From the NCBI GenBank assembly GCA_020024815.1, contig JAHHTE010000001.1, positions 1 to 56,528 of the forward strand: a stretch of 56,528 nucleotides of DNA, read 5' to 3'. Source of the DNA: Mailhella sp. GTDB lineage: Bacteria; Desulfobacterota; Desulfovibrionia; Desulfovibrionales; Desulfovibrionaceae. Shown one piece after another: positions 19,356 to 29,618 of this stretch (positions within the stretch are counted from its first letter, which is position 1; every line of letters starts with the position of its first letter). The notes below the pieces were generated by a model. That model was not told the origin of the DNA. It saw only the letters and a program-made list of their open reading frames with translations, and did not search any database. The translations under genes and the position numbers were made by a program.

Positions 19356-19768
19356 AAAAGTTTAGGAAACGGTTTTACTTCTGGAGTATTTAAAATGTTT
19401 TTATATTCATCTTCACTAATTCTTATATATTTTTTAGCAGATTTTTCATTTATAATATGTTCTATTGTATTATCATCAATAATTTTAAGTTTAATTATTT
19501 CTTTTTCATTTGGTAATAACAAATTATGTTTACATTCAATTATCCAACAATCATTATCTTTATGTATTTTATTTATTTTACGAACACCAAAATCCCAACT
19601 TTTTGAATATATTTCTTTTTCTGAAATAGTTAGTGATTTGATATATCCAAATGAGTCTCGTTTTTCATTTATATCTTTATAATAACCATATAATTTATCT
19701 GGAGATTCACAAGCTGTAATTGAGGTAATAAAAATGATTGTTAATAAAAAAGTAATAAGTTTTTTCAT
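19352..19768 (-). CDS. Lipoprotein (138 aa), candidate entry-exclusion factor
   Basis: MKKLITFLLTIIFITSITAC lipobox; AAAGGA RBS; lies at the trbK position but inverted. Confidence 0.75.
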   Translation of the reverse strand: MKKLITFLLTIIFITSITACESPDKLYGYYKDINEKRDSFGYIKSLTISEKEIYSKSWDFGVRKINKIHKDNDCWIIECKHNLLLPNEKEIIKLKIIDDNTIEHIINEKSAKKYIRISEDEYKNILNTPEVKPFPKLF

Positions 19769-20903
19769 TTTTTGTATTTTCCTTTCTATTTTTATTTTTG
19801 CAAATAATGCTTTTGCAGAAGAAGTTTCTGTAAATAGTGTATTAGATATTGTTGAAAAAATCAAGGAAAGTACAGATATTTGGTACGAAAGACTTTTATC
19901 TTTTGCAACACAACTCTTTGCATTAATTTTATTATTTGAATTTCTTTGGACAGGGACAAAAGCTGTTATTCAAGAAATGTCTTTGCAAGATATACTTAGA
20001 AATATAGTATGGATTTTATTAGCAGGTATCTTCTTTTTGGCTATTATAAATAATTATCAAGAATGGACACAAGCGATTGTTAATGGACTTTCTAATAAAG
20101 CTACTTCATTAATTGGTAGTGGTTATAGAGATGATAATCCGTTTTTAATAGGTATAAAAATTTATGAAATAATTGAAGAAGCTATTGAACAGGCAAGTTT
20201 TTTAGTTGGAATGATGATGTACCTATGTTCAGGTATTATTATGATTATTTTTGCAATAATTACAGCTAGAGTTATTGTTGTAAAGTGCGAAGTTCTTATA
20301 GGTTTAACTGCTGCTATTTTACTTATTCCCTTTGGGGCAAGTCAAATGTTCAGAGAGTTTGCTATTAATGCGATGAAGTATGTTCTTTCAGTTGGATTTA
20401 AATTATTCACAATCACATTAATTTGTGGAATTACTTTTGAAATTTTTGTTAATTTTAAATTCACTGAAACTGGTTTATTAAAAAATAGTTTCATTCTTAT
20501 TGGAGTATCAATAGTAATTTTAACTATTATTTCAACCTTACCTGAAACAATCGCAAGTCTTATTTCATCAGCTCATGGTGGATCAGGAGCAGGTTTACTC
20601 CAATCAGTTAATACTCTTTCAAATATCGTAACAGCAGGTGCAGCAGGTGCTATTGCTCTTGGTAAAATGGCAGGAGCTCCTATAAAAGCAACACATCAAG
20701 CAATTCGAGCAAAAAATATAGCCAAAGAAAGTGCAGGTGCAGCATGGAATAGTATGGGAAAAATAGGAAAAACAGTTGCAGGTTTTAAAGCTTGGAATGG
20801 AGCAAGACAACAAGCAAATATGAATAGATCTACCATAGGTCAAGAATTAAAGAATAATTACAACCAATTAAAAGCATTAAGAAACATCAATAGAGGGGGA
20901 TAA
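19734..20903 (+). CDS. trbL: TrbL/VirB6
   Basis: Multi-TM; LLIPFGAS...VLSVGFKLF motif; Gly/Ala-rich C-terminus. Confidence 0.9.
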   Translation: MIVNKKVISFFIFCIFLSIFIFANNAFAEEVSVNSVLDIVEKIKESTDIWYERLLSFATQLFALILLFEFLWTGTKAVIQEMSLQDILRNIVWILLAGIFFLAIINNYQEWTQAIVNGLSNKATSLIGSGYRDDNPFLIGIKIYEIIEEAIEQASFLVGMMMYLCSGIIMIIFAIITARVIVVKCEVLIGLTAAILLIPFGASQMFREFAINAMKYVLSVGFKLFTITLICGITFEIFVNFKFTETGLLKNSFILIGVSIVILTIISTLPETIASLISSAHGGSGAGLLQSVNTLSNIVTAGAAGAIALGKMAGAPIKATHQAIRAKNIAKESAGAAWNSMGKIGKTVAGFKAWNGARQQANMNRSTIGQELKNNYNQLKALRNINRGG

Positions 20904-20904
20904 T

Positions 20905-21594
20905 ATGGGATTTTTTAGTAAAAAAGATAAAAATATAAAAGTCAAAGAAATTACAAATCCATACTTAAATGGACGTGAAGAATGGTTTGAAAGATATGGA
21001 AGTTATATCAAACAAAGGGACGGTTGGCGTTTTTTTGCAATTTTGATGACAGTTTTTGCTATTATTGGAGTAACTGGTTCTATTTACTTAGCATCACAAA
21101 ATAAGATTATTCCATACATAGTGGAAGTTGATAAATTAGGACGAGCAAAAGCTATTGCTCCTGTTGATGAAATGCAAAGAGCATCTATGCAAAATGTAAT
21201 ACCTTCAGTAATAGCAATGGTTATCAATGATTGGCGAACTGTTACAGCTGATGTTGAATTACAAAAAAAGATGATAAAACGCTTAAGTTTTTTTACTACT
21301 GGTTCAGCAAAAGGATACTTTAATGACTGGTATAAACTCAATAATCCTTATGAAAGAGGTAAAGAAAACCTTATTACTGTGGAGTTAAAATCCCTTCCAT
21401 TATCCATTACGCAAGATAGTTATAAAGTTGAATGGACAGAACTAATTAGAAGCCATACAGGAAAACTAATAGATAGCTTTCGTTATGAAGCAACAATTTC
21501 TATTCAAATTTCAAATCCTAAGAATGAACAAATGGTTTTATATAATCCCACAGGAGTTTTTATAACTCATATAAACGCAACAAAATTATTTTAA
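20905..21594 (+). CDS. trbF: TrbF/VirB8
   Basis: NPYLNGREEWFERYG, PYIVEVDKLG, NPTGVFI. Confidence 0.92.
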   Translation: MGFFSKKDKNIKVKEITNPYLNGREEWFERYGSYIKQRDGWRFFAILMTVFAIIGVTGSIYLASQNKIIPYIVEVDKLGRAKAIAPVDEMQRASMQNVIPSVIAMVINDWRTVTADVELQKKMIKRLSFFTTGSAKGYFNDWYKLNNPYERGKENLITVELKSLPLSITQDSYKVEWTELIRSHTGKLIDSFRYEATISIQISNPKNEQMVLYNPTGVFITHINATKLF

Positions 21595-21818
21595 TATAAA
21601 TTTCAAGAGGATAAGAAATGAAATTTTATAACGATGAATTAATTATGATCATTATAACAATTATTATGTTTATATTGGTTTTATATAAAATGTTTTTTGA
21701 ATAACTATTTATTGTAATGCAAAATATAATTATCTCTTCTTACAAAAATTATAATAGGAAAAAATATAAAAAATAAATATAAACGCAATAAAATTATTTT
21801 AATATAAATTTCAAGAGG
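21569..21818 (+). repeat. 42-bp direct repeat (21569-21610 and 21777-21818)
   Basis: ATATAAACGCAAyAAAATTATTTTAATATAAATTTCAAGAGG with one mismatch; comprises the trbF 3' end plus the next RBS. Confidence 0.9.
21618..21704 (+). CDS. Possible 28-aa single-TM peptide
   Basis: AGAGGA RBS; MKFYNDELIMIIITIIMFILVLYKMFFE*. Confidence 0.45.
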   Translation: MKFYNDELIMIIITIIMFILVLYKMFFE

Positions 21819-21825
21819 TTATACT

Positions 21826-22719
21826 ATGAAAAAGATAATTGTGGCATTATCTTTGTCTATCTTTGCAACCCAAATTCCAACAAAAAGTTTTGGAATGGAA
21901 GCAAATCAAGACTTACTCAATCAGCTAAAAGTTCCTGGTTTTTCCATGAATTACAACCCAATTCCTTTGCAACCAAAAGAGAAAAAAGCATTAGAATTAT
22001 CCAAAAAATGGATAACAAGAGATAATGCTCCTTTTATCAGTTCAAATGGAAAACTTGTTTATATGTATGGTGCTAGTATGCCTACAATTTTAGCTACTCC
22101 CATGCAAATTTGTGATGTGGAATTACAAGCTGGTGAAATGATAAATTCTATCAATTTAGGTGATACTGCTCGTTGGGAAGTTGTTACAACTACTTCTAAT
22201 GGAAAAGAACATATTATTATAAAACCCCATGATAGCGGAATAGAAACTAATGCCGTTATTACAACAGATAGACGAGTTTATCACCTTCGACTTGTTTCTA
22301 CTGAAGATAGCTTTACGCCTTACGTGGGCTTTGTTTATGCAAATGAAATTGTTGCATACCAAAATCAAGTAAAAAAACAAGAAATAAAAAAAGACCATTT
22401 TAATACATTCAAATCTGATGAAGTGGATAAATCGCTAAATCTTGAAAATTTGAATTTTAATTATGAAGTACGAGGAAAAGCAGACTGGAAACCAGAACGC
22501 GTTTATGATGATAGTTTAAAAACATATATAAAATTACCTAAGCGTACATATACAAGTGAAATGCCTATTTTGCTTGTGTCTAAAGGTGGTGAAATGGTTC
22601 TTGTAAATTACAGAATAAAAAAAACTGCCATGATAGCTGACGGTATTTTTGATGAAATAATTCTTGTTCTTGGCGTTGGTAAAAATAAAGAGCAAATCAA
22701 TATCGTGAGGGTAAAATAA
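21826..22719 (+). CDS. trbG: TrbG/VirB9
   Basis: LGDTARW, ITTDRRVYHLRL, WKPERVYDD..KTYI, LVNYR. Confidence 0.92.
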   Translation: MKKIIVALSLSIFATQIPTKSFGMEANQDLLNQLKVPGFSMNYNPIPLQPKEKKALELSKKWITRDNAPFISSNGKLVYMYGASMPTILATPMQICDVELQAGEMINSINLGDTARWEVVTTTSNGKEHIIIKPHDSGIETNAVITTDRRVYHLRLVSTEDSFTPYVGFVYANEIVAYQNQVKKQEIKKDHFNTFKSDEVDKSLNLENLNFNYEVRGKADWKPERVYDDSLKTYIKLPKRTYTSEMPILLVSKGGEMVLVNYRIKKTAMIADGIFDEIILVLGVGKNKEQINIVRVK

Positions 22720-23165
22720 TGAAATTTGTTCTCGTGATAATGATGTTGCTTTTACCTGCTTGCTCAACTCAAAAATTTCACAGCAATACATCATATATTG
22801 GCGTAACACCTAAAGAAAAAGCTATTTCTCAAGCAATAATCAATGACTTATCATTGTTTATAGCAACTCTTTATGCACCAGGACATACAAGTTTTAATTT
22901 TATTACTCCAATAGATGAAAAGGAAATTGTGATTAATGATGAAATCATAGATAGCTTTTCCACTCTTTTAGAAAATGGTTTGCGTAAACGTGGATTTGAA
23001 ATTTCTAAAAAAGGTATGGGCTTATCCTATACTTTTGATACGCTTGAAGAAAACAATTTTTACACTCAAATTCGTTTTGAAGATAAAAACAATTTTTCTA
23101 GTATTTATAATAAGAAAGGTGAAATTATTTCAAGATCTAGCTTGAAGGAGGATACTTATGAGTAA
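22719..23165 (+). CDS. trbH: TrbH-like lipoprotein
   Basis: LPAC lipobox; D.FSTLLENGLRKRGF motif; lies between trbG and trbI. Confidence 0.7.
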   Translation: MKFVLVIMMLLLPACSTQKFHSNTSYIGVTPKEKAISQAIINDLSLFIATLYAPGHTSFNFITPIDEKEIVINDEIIDSFSTLLENGLRKRGFEISKKGMGLSYTFDTLEENNFYTQIRFEDKNNFSSIYNKKGEIISRSSLKEDTYE

Positions 23166-24357
23166 TTCTCCTGATAAATTAGAAATTGGCAAGAAACCTA
23201 CAATAAATGCTGGTTCAAAAAAGATATTAGTTCTTGTTGCTTTTATTGTTATTTGTTTGATTTTATACGTTTTATTTCAAATAATTGAAAGTGGAAATAA
23301 CCCACAAAAAGAAATTGAGAAAAAATCAGAAGTTCAAGAAATCAAAGTGCAAGAAAGCTCTGATTTTGCACCAAGACCAAAAAGTTCAGGTTTATTACAA
23401 CCAGAACCTAAGCCAGAACCAGAAAAACCAAAAGAAGAAAAAAAGTCTTTTGATGAAATAAAAATTGTTCGTTTGCCAGAACCTGATGAAAACACGAAAA
23501 AATTTATTCAACTTCGTAATCAAAGATACTTTGAAGCGTTACGTTCTTCCTCTGTGGCGTATAAGCAAACTAATACTAATAACTCAAACAATAACAAACA
23601 AACTGCCATTAATACAACAACTGATACAATTCAATTTCCTAATATGCCAAATATGCAACAAAATGAGTACGATTCAAGTGTTGCAAGTGATGTTGATAAA
23701 GAACAGTTTTTTGAGCGTTCTAAACCTGATACAAACTGGATTAACCCCCATGTTAGGACAGCAGGTCAAAAATATGAAATAAAAACTGGCAGTGTTATCC
23801 CCGCAGCAATGGTAACAGGAATTAATTCTGATTTGCCAGGTAATGTAATTGCCCAAGTTTCACAAAATGTTTTTGATACAGCAACAGGAGAATATATTCT
23901 TATTCCTCAAGGTTCTAAACTCTTTGGAGTATATGATAGCCGTGTAATTATGGGTCAGCAAAGAATTTTAGTTGCTTGGAACAGAATTATTTTTCCAGAT
24001 GGATCTGCTATGACTATTCCCTCTATTCCAGGTGTAGATTTATCAGGAAATAGTGGGTTTAACCAAAAAATTAATAACCATTATTTTAGAATTTTCGGAA
24101 CATCTGCTCTTATGGCTTTAATTACAGCAGGAACAGCGTATGCTGTTGATCAAAATTCAAGCAATAATAGTGATGATAATAGCTTACATGCACAATTAAA
24201 TGCTTCCCTTGCCCAACAATTAGGGCAAACAGCGTCAAGTCTTTTACAAAAATATCTTAATATCAAACCAACATTAGAAATAGAACCAGGTTATCAATTC
24301 AACATTGTTTTAACTAAAGATTTAGTTTTTAGCTCTCATTATAGGGGGTGGAGATAA
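23158..24357 (+). CDS. trbI: TrbI/VirB10
   Basis: GSVIPAAMVTGINSDLPG, LIPQGSKLFGVYDS, IKPTLEIEPGYQFNI. Confidence 0.95.
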   Translation: MSNSPDKLEIGKKPTINAGSKKILVLVAFIVICLILYVLFQIIESGNNPQKEIEKKSEVQEIKVQESSDFAPRPKSSGLLQPEPKPEPEKPKEEKKSFDEIKIVRLPEPDENTKKFIQLRNQRYFEALRSSSVAYKQTNTNNSNNNKQTAINTTTDTIQFPNMPNMQQNEYDSSVASDVDKEQFFERSKPDTNWINPHVRTAGQKYEIKTGSVIPAAMVTGINSDLPGNVIAQVSQNVFDTATGEYILIPQGSKLFGVYDSRVIMGQQRILVAWNRIIFPDGSAMTIPSIPGVDLSGNSGFNQKINNHYFRIFGTSALMALITAGTAYAVDQNSSNNSDDNSLHAQLNASLAQQLGQTASSLLQKYLNIKPTLEIEPGYQFNIVLTKDLVFSSHYRGWR

Positions 24358-26282
24358 TGGAAGAATACGGTCTAAAACAAAAAGAGAAAAAGTCAAATAT
24401 ATTGAATTTATTCTTTTTAGGATATTTTCTCCTTGTTTTTATTTTTGCTCTGCACCAAGTAGCTCAATTTTTAGGGCAATATTTCCCAAAAGAAGCAATT
24501 TCACTTTTTGGAGTTCAATTTTATCCCTTTTGGAAAGCTCCTTATTGGTACTATCAAGCAAGATTTTACCCTGCTGGCGATGAAAGCATAAACATATTTT
24601 ATAATTGGTTTATGTATCCTAATTTTCTTGTAGTTTTTTATCTTCTTTATGCAAATTTTCCAAAAGGGAATAAAAAATTACATGGTTCAGCACGTTGGGC
24701 AACTAAAAAAGAAGTTGAAAATATGGGTTATTTTGGTGGCAAAGGTGTTTATGTTGGCGGTTATCAAGATAAAAACACTTTGTATTATCTAAAACATAAC
24801 GGACCAGAACATATTTTAACCTTTGCTCCTACCCGAAGTGGTAAAGGTGTGGGATTAATTATTCCTACACTTTTAGCATGGGAAGGTTCAAGTATTACTT
24901 TAGATATTAAAGGTGAAAACTGGGCTTTGACATCAGGATACCGTCAAAGTTTAGGGCATAAAGTTATCAAATTTGACCCTACTGATAATACTGGAGTAAC
25001 AGCTAAATTCAATCCATTAGAAGAAATAGATTTAACTGATTACAGCTGTATTAAACAAGTTCAAAATATTGCTCTTATGCTTGTTGACCCTGACGGTAAA
25101 GGTTTAACCGATTACTGGAATAAAGCAGGTTATGCCTTTTTATCAGGAGCATTGCTGCATTGTCTTGTTTGCATAAAAACAAGTTCAGCAGATGAACGGA
25201 CAGCAACATTACAAGATTTAGTTCTTATGTTGTCTGGGCAATGTCCTCTTACTGGAAAACCCAAAAGTTTGGAAGAGTTATTTAGAGAAATGCGAAAAAT
25301 GGATCATACTCTTCATCTCGATGATATGTTTACGGATTTCAATAAAGAAATTGGCAAGGAAATACATAGATTTATTGCTTCTTCTGCAACAGAAATGGAA
25401 AATAAAGGCGATCAAGAAGTAAAAGGTGTTGTTTCATCAGCTCTTGTCAATCTTGCGTTATACCGTGATCCAATCATTTCACAAAATATAAAAGATAGTG
25501 ATTTTAAGTTACACGATTTGATGAATTATGATAACCCAGTTGATTTATATATTGTTGTTTCTCCTGCAGAAATTGACAGGTTAAAACCACTTATTCGTCT
25601 TATGACAGATATGATTATCCGTTATATATGCCGTGAAATGGAATTTAAAGACGGGAAAAGTGTGCAAGGATACAAGCACAGAATGTTATTAATGTTTGAT
25701 GAGTTCACAAGCATTGGCAAACTTCCCATTATTGAAAAAGCTATTGCCTATATAGCTGGTTACGGTGGAAAAATGTATTTAATTGTTCAAGATTTAGGGC
25801 AATTAAATGATTGTTACGGAAAAGAAAATGCTCTTATGGCAAACTGCCATGTTCGTATTGCTTATGCTCCAAACAAAGTGGAAACAGCTCAATTACTTTC
25901 TGAAATGACAGGAAAAACAACTGTTGTAGAAAAAAAGACTTCCTATTCTTATTCAAAAGGTGGAAGAACGCGTTCCGTAAATATTGCTGAAACAGCAAGA
26001 CCACTTCTCACTCCCGATGAATGTATGAGATTACCAGGAGCAAAAAAAGATAAAAATGGCAATGTAATAGAAAGTGGCGATATGCTTATTTTTACAGCAG
26101 GTAACCCTACTATTTATGGAAAACAAATTTTATATTTCAAAGACCCTACTTTTATTCAAAGAGCAAAAATAAAAGCTCCAGAAAAATCTGATTCAATTTG
26201 CTTTGCAAAACCTAAACCTACGCAATTAGCTAATCTTCAATTTACTAATTTACAGAATAAAGGAAAAGCAAATGTGGCGTAA
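24357..26282 (+). CDS. traG: Type IV coupling protein TraG/VirD4
   Basis: HGSARWA, APTRSGKGVG, DIKGE, MFDEF, RPLLTPDE. Confidence 0.95.
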   Translation: MEEYGLKQKEKKSNILNLFFLGYFLLVFIFALHQVAQFLGQYFPKEAISLFGVQFYPFWKAPYWYYQARFYPAGDESINIFYNWFMYPNFLVVFYLLYANFPKGNKKLHGSARWATKKEVENMGYFGGKGVYVGGYQDKNTLYYLKHNGPEHILTFAPTRSGKGVGLIIPTLLAWEGSSITLDIKGENWALTSGYRQSLGHKVIKFDPTDNTGVTAKFNPLEEIDLTDYSCIKQVQNIALMLVDPDGKGLTDYWNKAGYAFLSGALLHCLVCIKTSSADERTATLQDLVLMLSGQCPLTGKPKSLEELFREMRKMDHTLHLDDMFTDFNKEIGKEIHRFIASSATEMENKGDQEVKGVVSSALVNLALYRDPIISQNIKDSDFKLHDLMNYDNPVDLYIVVSPAEIDRLKPLIRLMTDMIIRYICREMEFKDGKSVQGYKHRMLLMFDEFTSIGKLPIIEKAIAYIAGYGGKMYLIVQDLGQLNDCYGKENALMANCHVRIAYAPNKVETAQLLSEMTGKTTVVEKKTSYSYSKGGRTRSVNIAETARPLLTPDECMRLPGAKKDKNGNVIESGDMLIFTAGNPTIYGKQILYFKDPTFIQRAKIKAPEKSDSICFAKPKPTQLANLQFTNLQNKGKANVA

Positions 26283-26769
26283 ATTTCTTATTGTATCAAG
26301 TTTTATCATTGCTTGTTTATTTGGAGTATCAAAATTTTATTATTTTGGATTTAATCTTACTCCAAGTATGGAAAAAGGCTTTTATTATCAAGCAATTAAT
26401 CAAAATATCTTACAATATAACGATATTATAACCTTTGAATTAGATAAAGAAACAGCCAAAAAAGTTCATGCAAACCAATATATTAGCGATAATGCTAAGT
26501 TATTGAAATTAGTAGCAGGATTAGCAGGCGACAAAGTAGAAATTATTGAAAATCAAATTTGTGTAACTCCACAAGGGAAAAATATTGCTTGTGTATGGGG
26601 TAAAATAAAAGAAAAAGACAAATACGGAAATAATACAGTAACATTGCTAAATAATTGTATTATTCCAAAAGATAAATGTTTAGCTTTAACAAGCCATGAA
26701 GGAAGCTTTGATAGTCGATACTTTGGGCTTGTAGACATTTCAACAATAACAATAATGAAAAAATTTTAG
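26272..26769 (+). CDS. traF: TraF S26-family pilin-processing peptidase
   Basis: NLTPSM (Ser), LLKLVAGLAGD (Lys), SFDSRYFG. Confidence 0.9.
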   Translation: MWRKFLIVSSFIIACLFGVSKFYYFGFNLTPSMEKGFYYQAINQNILQYNDIITFELDKETAKKVHANQYISDNAKLLKLVAGLAGDKVEIIENQICVTPQGKNIACVWGKIKEKDKYGNNTVTLLNNCIIPKDKCLALTSHEGSFDSRYFGLVDISTITIMKKF

Positions 26770-26779
26770 GAGAATTACT

Positions 26780-26947
26780 ATGGAAAACAAAATGAATTTA
26801 ACCAACGAAGAAATCCTTACAGTAAAAGGAAATGAAGTATTTCGCCAATTAGCTAACAATGAAAACATTAGCATTGCTCTTGAACCTGATCTTGCTGATT
26901 TTTTAGGTGCTTTTGAAGAAAAAGCTCTTAATGAAGAGGATTTATAA
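26780..26947 (+). CDS. traD: TraD-like small acidic protein (55 aa, absent from ORF track)
   Basis: GGAG RBS; IALEPDLADFLGAFEEKALNEED resembles the IncP TraD motif; precedes traC. Confidence 0.65.
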   Translation: MENKMNLTNEEILTVKGNEVFRQLANNENISIALEPDLADFLGAFEEKALNEEDL

Positions 26948-26948
26948 T

Positions 26949-29603
26949 ATGAGCCAACAAACAAAACAAGAGCGTACACCTTTTCATTTATCATTATCTA
27001 AACAAGTAGCGGAACAAATTCGGCGTGGAACAAGTTCTTGGCTTGTTTCACATGAAAATGACGGCAAAAGTATGCCATATAATCCAATTACGGGAAAGAT
27101 ATATACAGCAGTCAATAATCTTTTACTTTCTGCACAAGGTTACAAGGATAATCGTTGGCTTACTTTTGACCAAGCAAGTCAAGAAGGCTATCGAGTAAAA
27201 AAGGGTGAAAAATCAACAGAAATTGTTTTTTATTCCTTTTTTGAAAACAAAAAAAATGAAAACGGTGAAGAAATAAAAGTCCGTTTGCAACAGCCAAAAG
27301 TTAGGACAGTAAAACTTTTTAATGCTGAACAACTTGATGGTATTGAAAAAATGCCAGACAAAACTCCAAATAAAGAACAACTTCTTGAAAAAGTACAAAG
27401 TATTTTTGAAAATTCAGAAGTAAAAATAGTGAATAATCAAAAAGATAAAATGTTTTATCGTACAAAAGAAGACACTATTTATATGCCCAAAAAAGAAGCT
27501 TATAAAGACGAACTTCATTATGGGTCTGCTGCTATTCATGAGCTTTGCCGTTGGGCAGGACATGAAGATCGTATGGATAGTCCATCAGCTCCTTTTGGAA
27601 CAGAAGCATTTGCTCGCGAAAAGCTTAGAACTGAAATTGCAACCTATATGATAACCAAAGAACTTGGTATTGACTACGAACCACAGGGACAAATTTTTAC
27701 TGAACAATGGGCTAATATTATTGAAAAAGATCCTTTTGAAATTTTGAATGCAGCGAAAGACGCTGAAAAGATAAAGGATTATATTATGCAATTTGAAAAT
27801 ACGCTTGAAAAACAGTTAGAACAGGAACAAAATATTATTTCTGAACAAAAAATTCAACAAGAAACAGATCTTGAAGAAGAACCTTTAATTTCTGCAGATG
27901 AACCAAAAAAGACATTTAAAGATTTTGGTATAGCTTTTTATGCTAACAATGGAAATCCAAACAGTCGTCTTCTCGATGAAAAGAAGCTAAAAAAAGAAAT
28001 TTTAAATCGTCTTCCTGAATCAATGGATCCAACTGTTGCCGATTATTTCATGGAAAACATGAAAATTAAAAGAATGAATAATAAGACTTTTGAGTTTTTA
28101 TATAAACTTAATGAGTTTGACCCTGATTTTGAAAAATTTGAAAAACTATCTGACCAAGCAAAAGATGAACTTGATTTGGTTGATCAAAATCTTCATTTCA
28201 TCATGGAAAATATTTCAAGTGAACTTTGGGAAATGGCTAATGCTACTTTACAACAAGATCATCAACCTTCCAAAAACAAACAAGAATTCCCAAAAGAATG
28301 GAAAGAGATGATTTTGCTTGATATTCCTTATGAAGATAAGGAAGAAGCAAAAGCATTAGGTGCAAAATGGTCAAAAAATAAAGGTTCTTGGTATGTTTTA
28401 GAAGGGACAAATTTAGAACCTTTTGCAAAGTGGACAAAAGAAGAACAAAATCAATCTATTGATACTATTGCAGAAAAAAAGACTTTTCTTGCTGTTCCTT
28501 ATACAGAAAAAGAAAAAGCAAAAAAACTTGGAGCAAAATGGGATCAAGATAATAAATCTTGGTTTGTAGAACCAGGTACTAATTTAGAACAATTTTCTAA
28601 ATGGGTTATTGATGAAAAAACTATTACTCCAAGAAAACAAGAAACCATTTCCCCTGAAATTGAATTTACCGAACATTTACGTTCAATGGGCTTTGATGTT
28701 GACCATGCTATTATGGACGGACAAATTCATAGAGTACCACTTATTGGTAAACCACAAAGAAAAGATGGTGCATATTGTGGATTTTTAGATGGTGTTCCAA
28801 ATGGTTGGACACAAAACTATGTAACAGGTGAAAAATCTAAATTTATAGCTTCTGGAGTCAAATTAACAGCAGAAGAAAAAGCTCAACAGCAAGCAGAATT
28901 AGCTCAAAAAAAAATAGAACGTGAAGAAAAAAGACGACAAGATTACGATATTGCAGCCCAAAATGCACAAAAAATTTTTTCTCAAGCAGATGAAACAGTA
29001 AATCACCCTTACATAGAAAAGAAAGGCATACAACCTTATAATGCTAAACAAAATACATTTAATCAACTTGTTATCCCTTTACAAAATATTGAAGGTGAAA
29101 TTCGTGGTGTACAATTTATCAACGAAGACGGAACAAAACAATTTCTTTCAGGAATGGAGAAAAAAGGTAATTTTACATTTCTAAATACAGAACATAAAGA
29201 TTTTTCAAAAGTTCTTCTTTGTGAAGGTTTTGCTACGGGTGCAAGCTTGCATGAAGCAACAAAACTTCCAGTAGCGATTGCCTTTGATGCTGGCAATTTA
29301 GAACCAGTAGCACAAGCCATTTATAATAAATGTAAAAGTGAAATTATTATTTGTGCTGATAACGACCAGTACAAAGATATAAATGTAGGTCTTGAAAAAG
29401 CTCAAGAAGCTGCAAAAGCTGTGAATGGCAAAATTTGTGTTCCAATGTTTACCTCAAAAGAAAAAGAACAAAAACTAACAGATTTTAATGATCTTCATCA
29501 ATCACAAGGTTTAGACGCAGTAAGAAAGCAATTAGGTTTTGCAAAATCATTAACACAAACTGTCGCACAACAACAAACCAAGAAAACTCAACTTACAAGA
29601 TAA
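26949..29603 (+). CDS. traC: TraC-like DNA primase with N-terminal ArdC-like/zincin domain, two DUF5710-like repeats and a Toprim domain
   Basis: MPYNPITGKIY..VN, RWLTFDQA, AIHELCRW, two AKxLGAKW repeats, LCEGFATG, IICADND, TDFNDL. Confidence 0.9.
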   Translation: MSQQTKQERTPFHLSLSKQVAEQIRRGTSSWLVSHENDGKSMPYNPITGKIYTAVNNLLLSAQGYKDNRWLTFDQASQEGYRVKKGEKSTEIVFYSFFENKKNENGEEIKVRLQQPKVRTVKLFNAEQLDGIEKMPDKTPNKEQLLEKVQSIFENSEVKIVNNQKDKMFYRTKEDTIYMPKKEAYKDELHYGSAAIHELCRWAGHEDRMDSPSAPFGTEAFAREKLRTEIATYMITKELGIDYEPQGQIFTEQWANIIEKDPFEILNAAKDAEKIKDYIMQFENTLEKQLEQEQNIISEQKIQQETDLEEEPLISADEPKKTFKDFGIAFYANNGNPNSRLLDEKKLKKEILNRLPESMDPTVADYFMENMKIKRMNNKTFEFLYKLNEFDPDFEKFEKLSDQAKDELDLVDQNLHFIMENISSELWEMANATLQQDHQPSKNKQEFPKEWKEMILLDIPYEDKEEAKALGAKWSKNKGSWYVLEGTNLEPFAKWTKEEQNQSIDTIAEKKTFLAVPYTEKEKAKKLGAKWDQDNKSWFVEPGTNLEQFSKWVIDEKTITPRKQETISPEIEFTEHLRSMGFDVDHAIMDGQIHRVPLIGKPQRKDGAYCGFLDGVPNGWTQNYVTGEKSKFIASGVKLTAEEKAQQQAELAQKKIEREEKRRQDYDIAAQNAQKIFSQADETVNHPYIEKKGIQPYNAKQNTFNQLVIPLQNIEGEIRGVQFINEDGTKQFLSGMEKKGNFTFLNTEHKDFSKVLLCEGFATGASLHEATKLPVAIAFDAGNLEPVAQAIYNKCKSEIIICADNDQYKDINVGLEKAQEAAKAVNGKICVPMFTSKEKEQKLTDFNDLHQSQGLDAVRKQLGFAKSLTQTVAQQQTKKTQLTR

Positions 29604-29618
29604 AAATAGGGGGAATAT

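Noticed and set aside
19395..19682. Plus-strand 95-aa ORF as trbK
   Set aside because: No lipobox; composition is that of the antisense shadow of the minus-strand lipoprotein.
28310..28615. Internal repeat in TraC as a novelty
   Set aside because: Tandem DUF5710-like repeats are a known feature of TraC-type primases.
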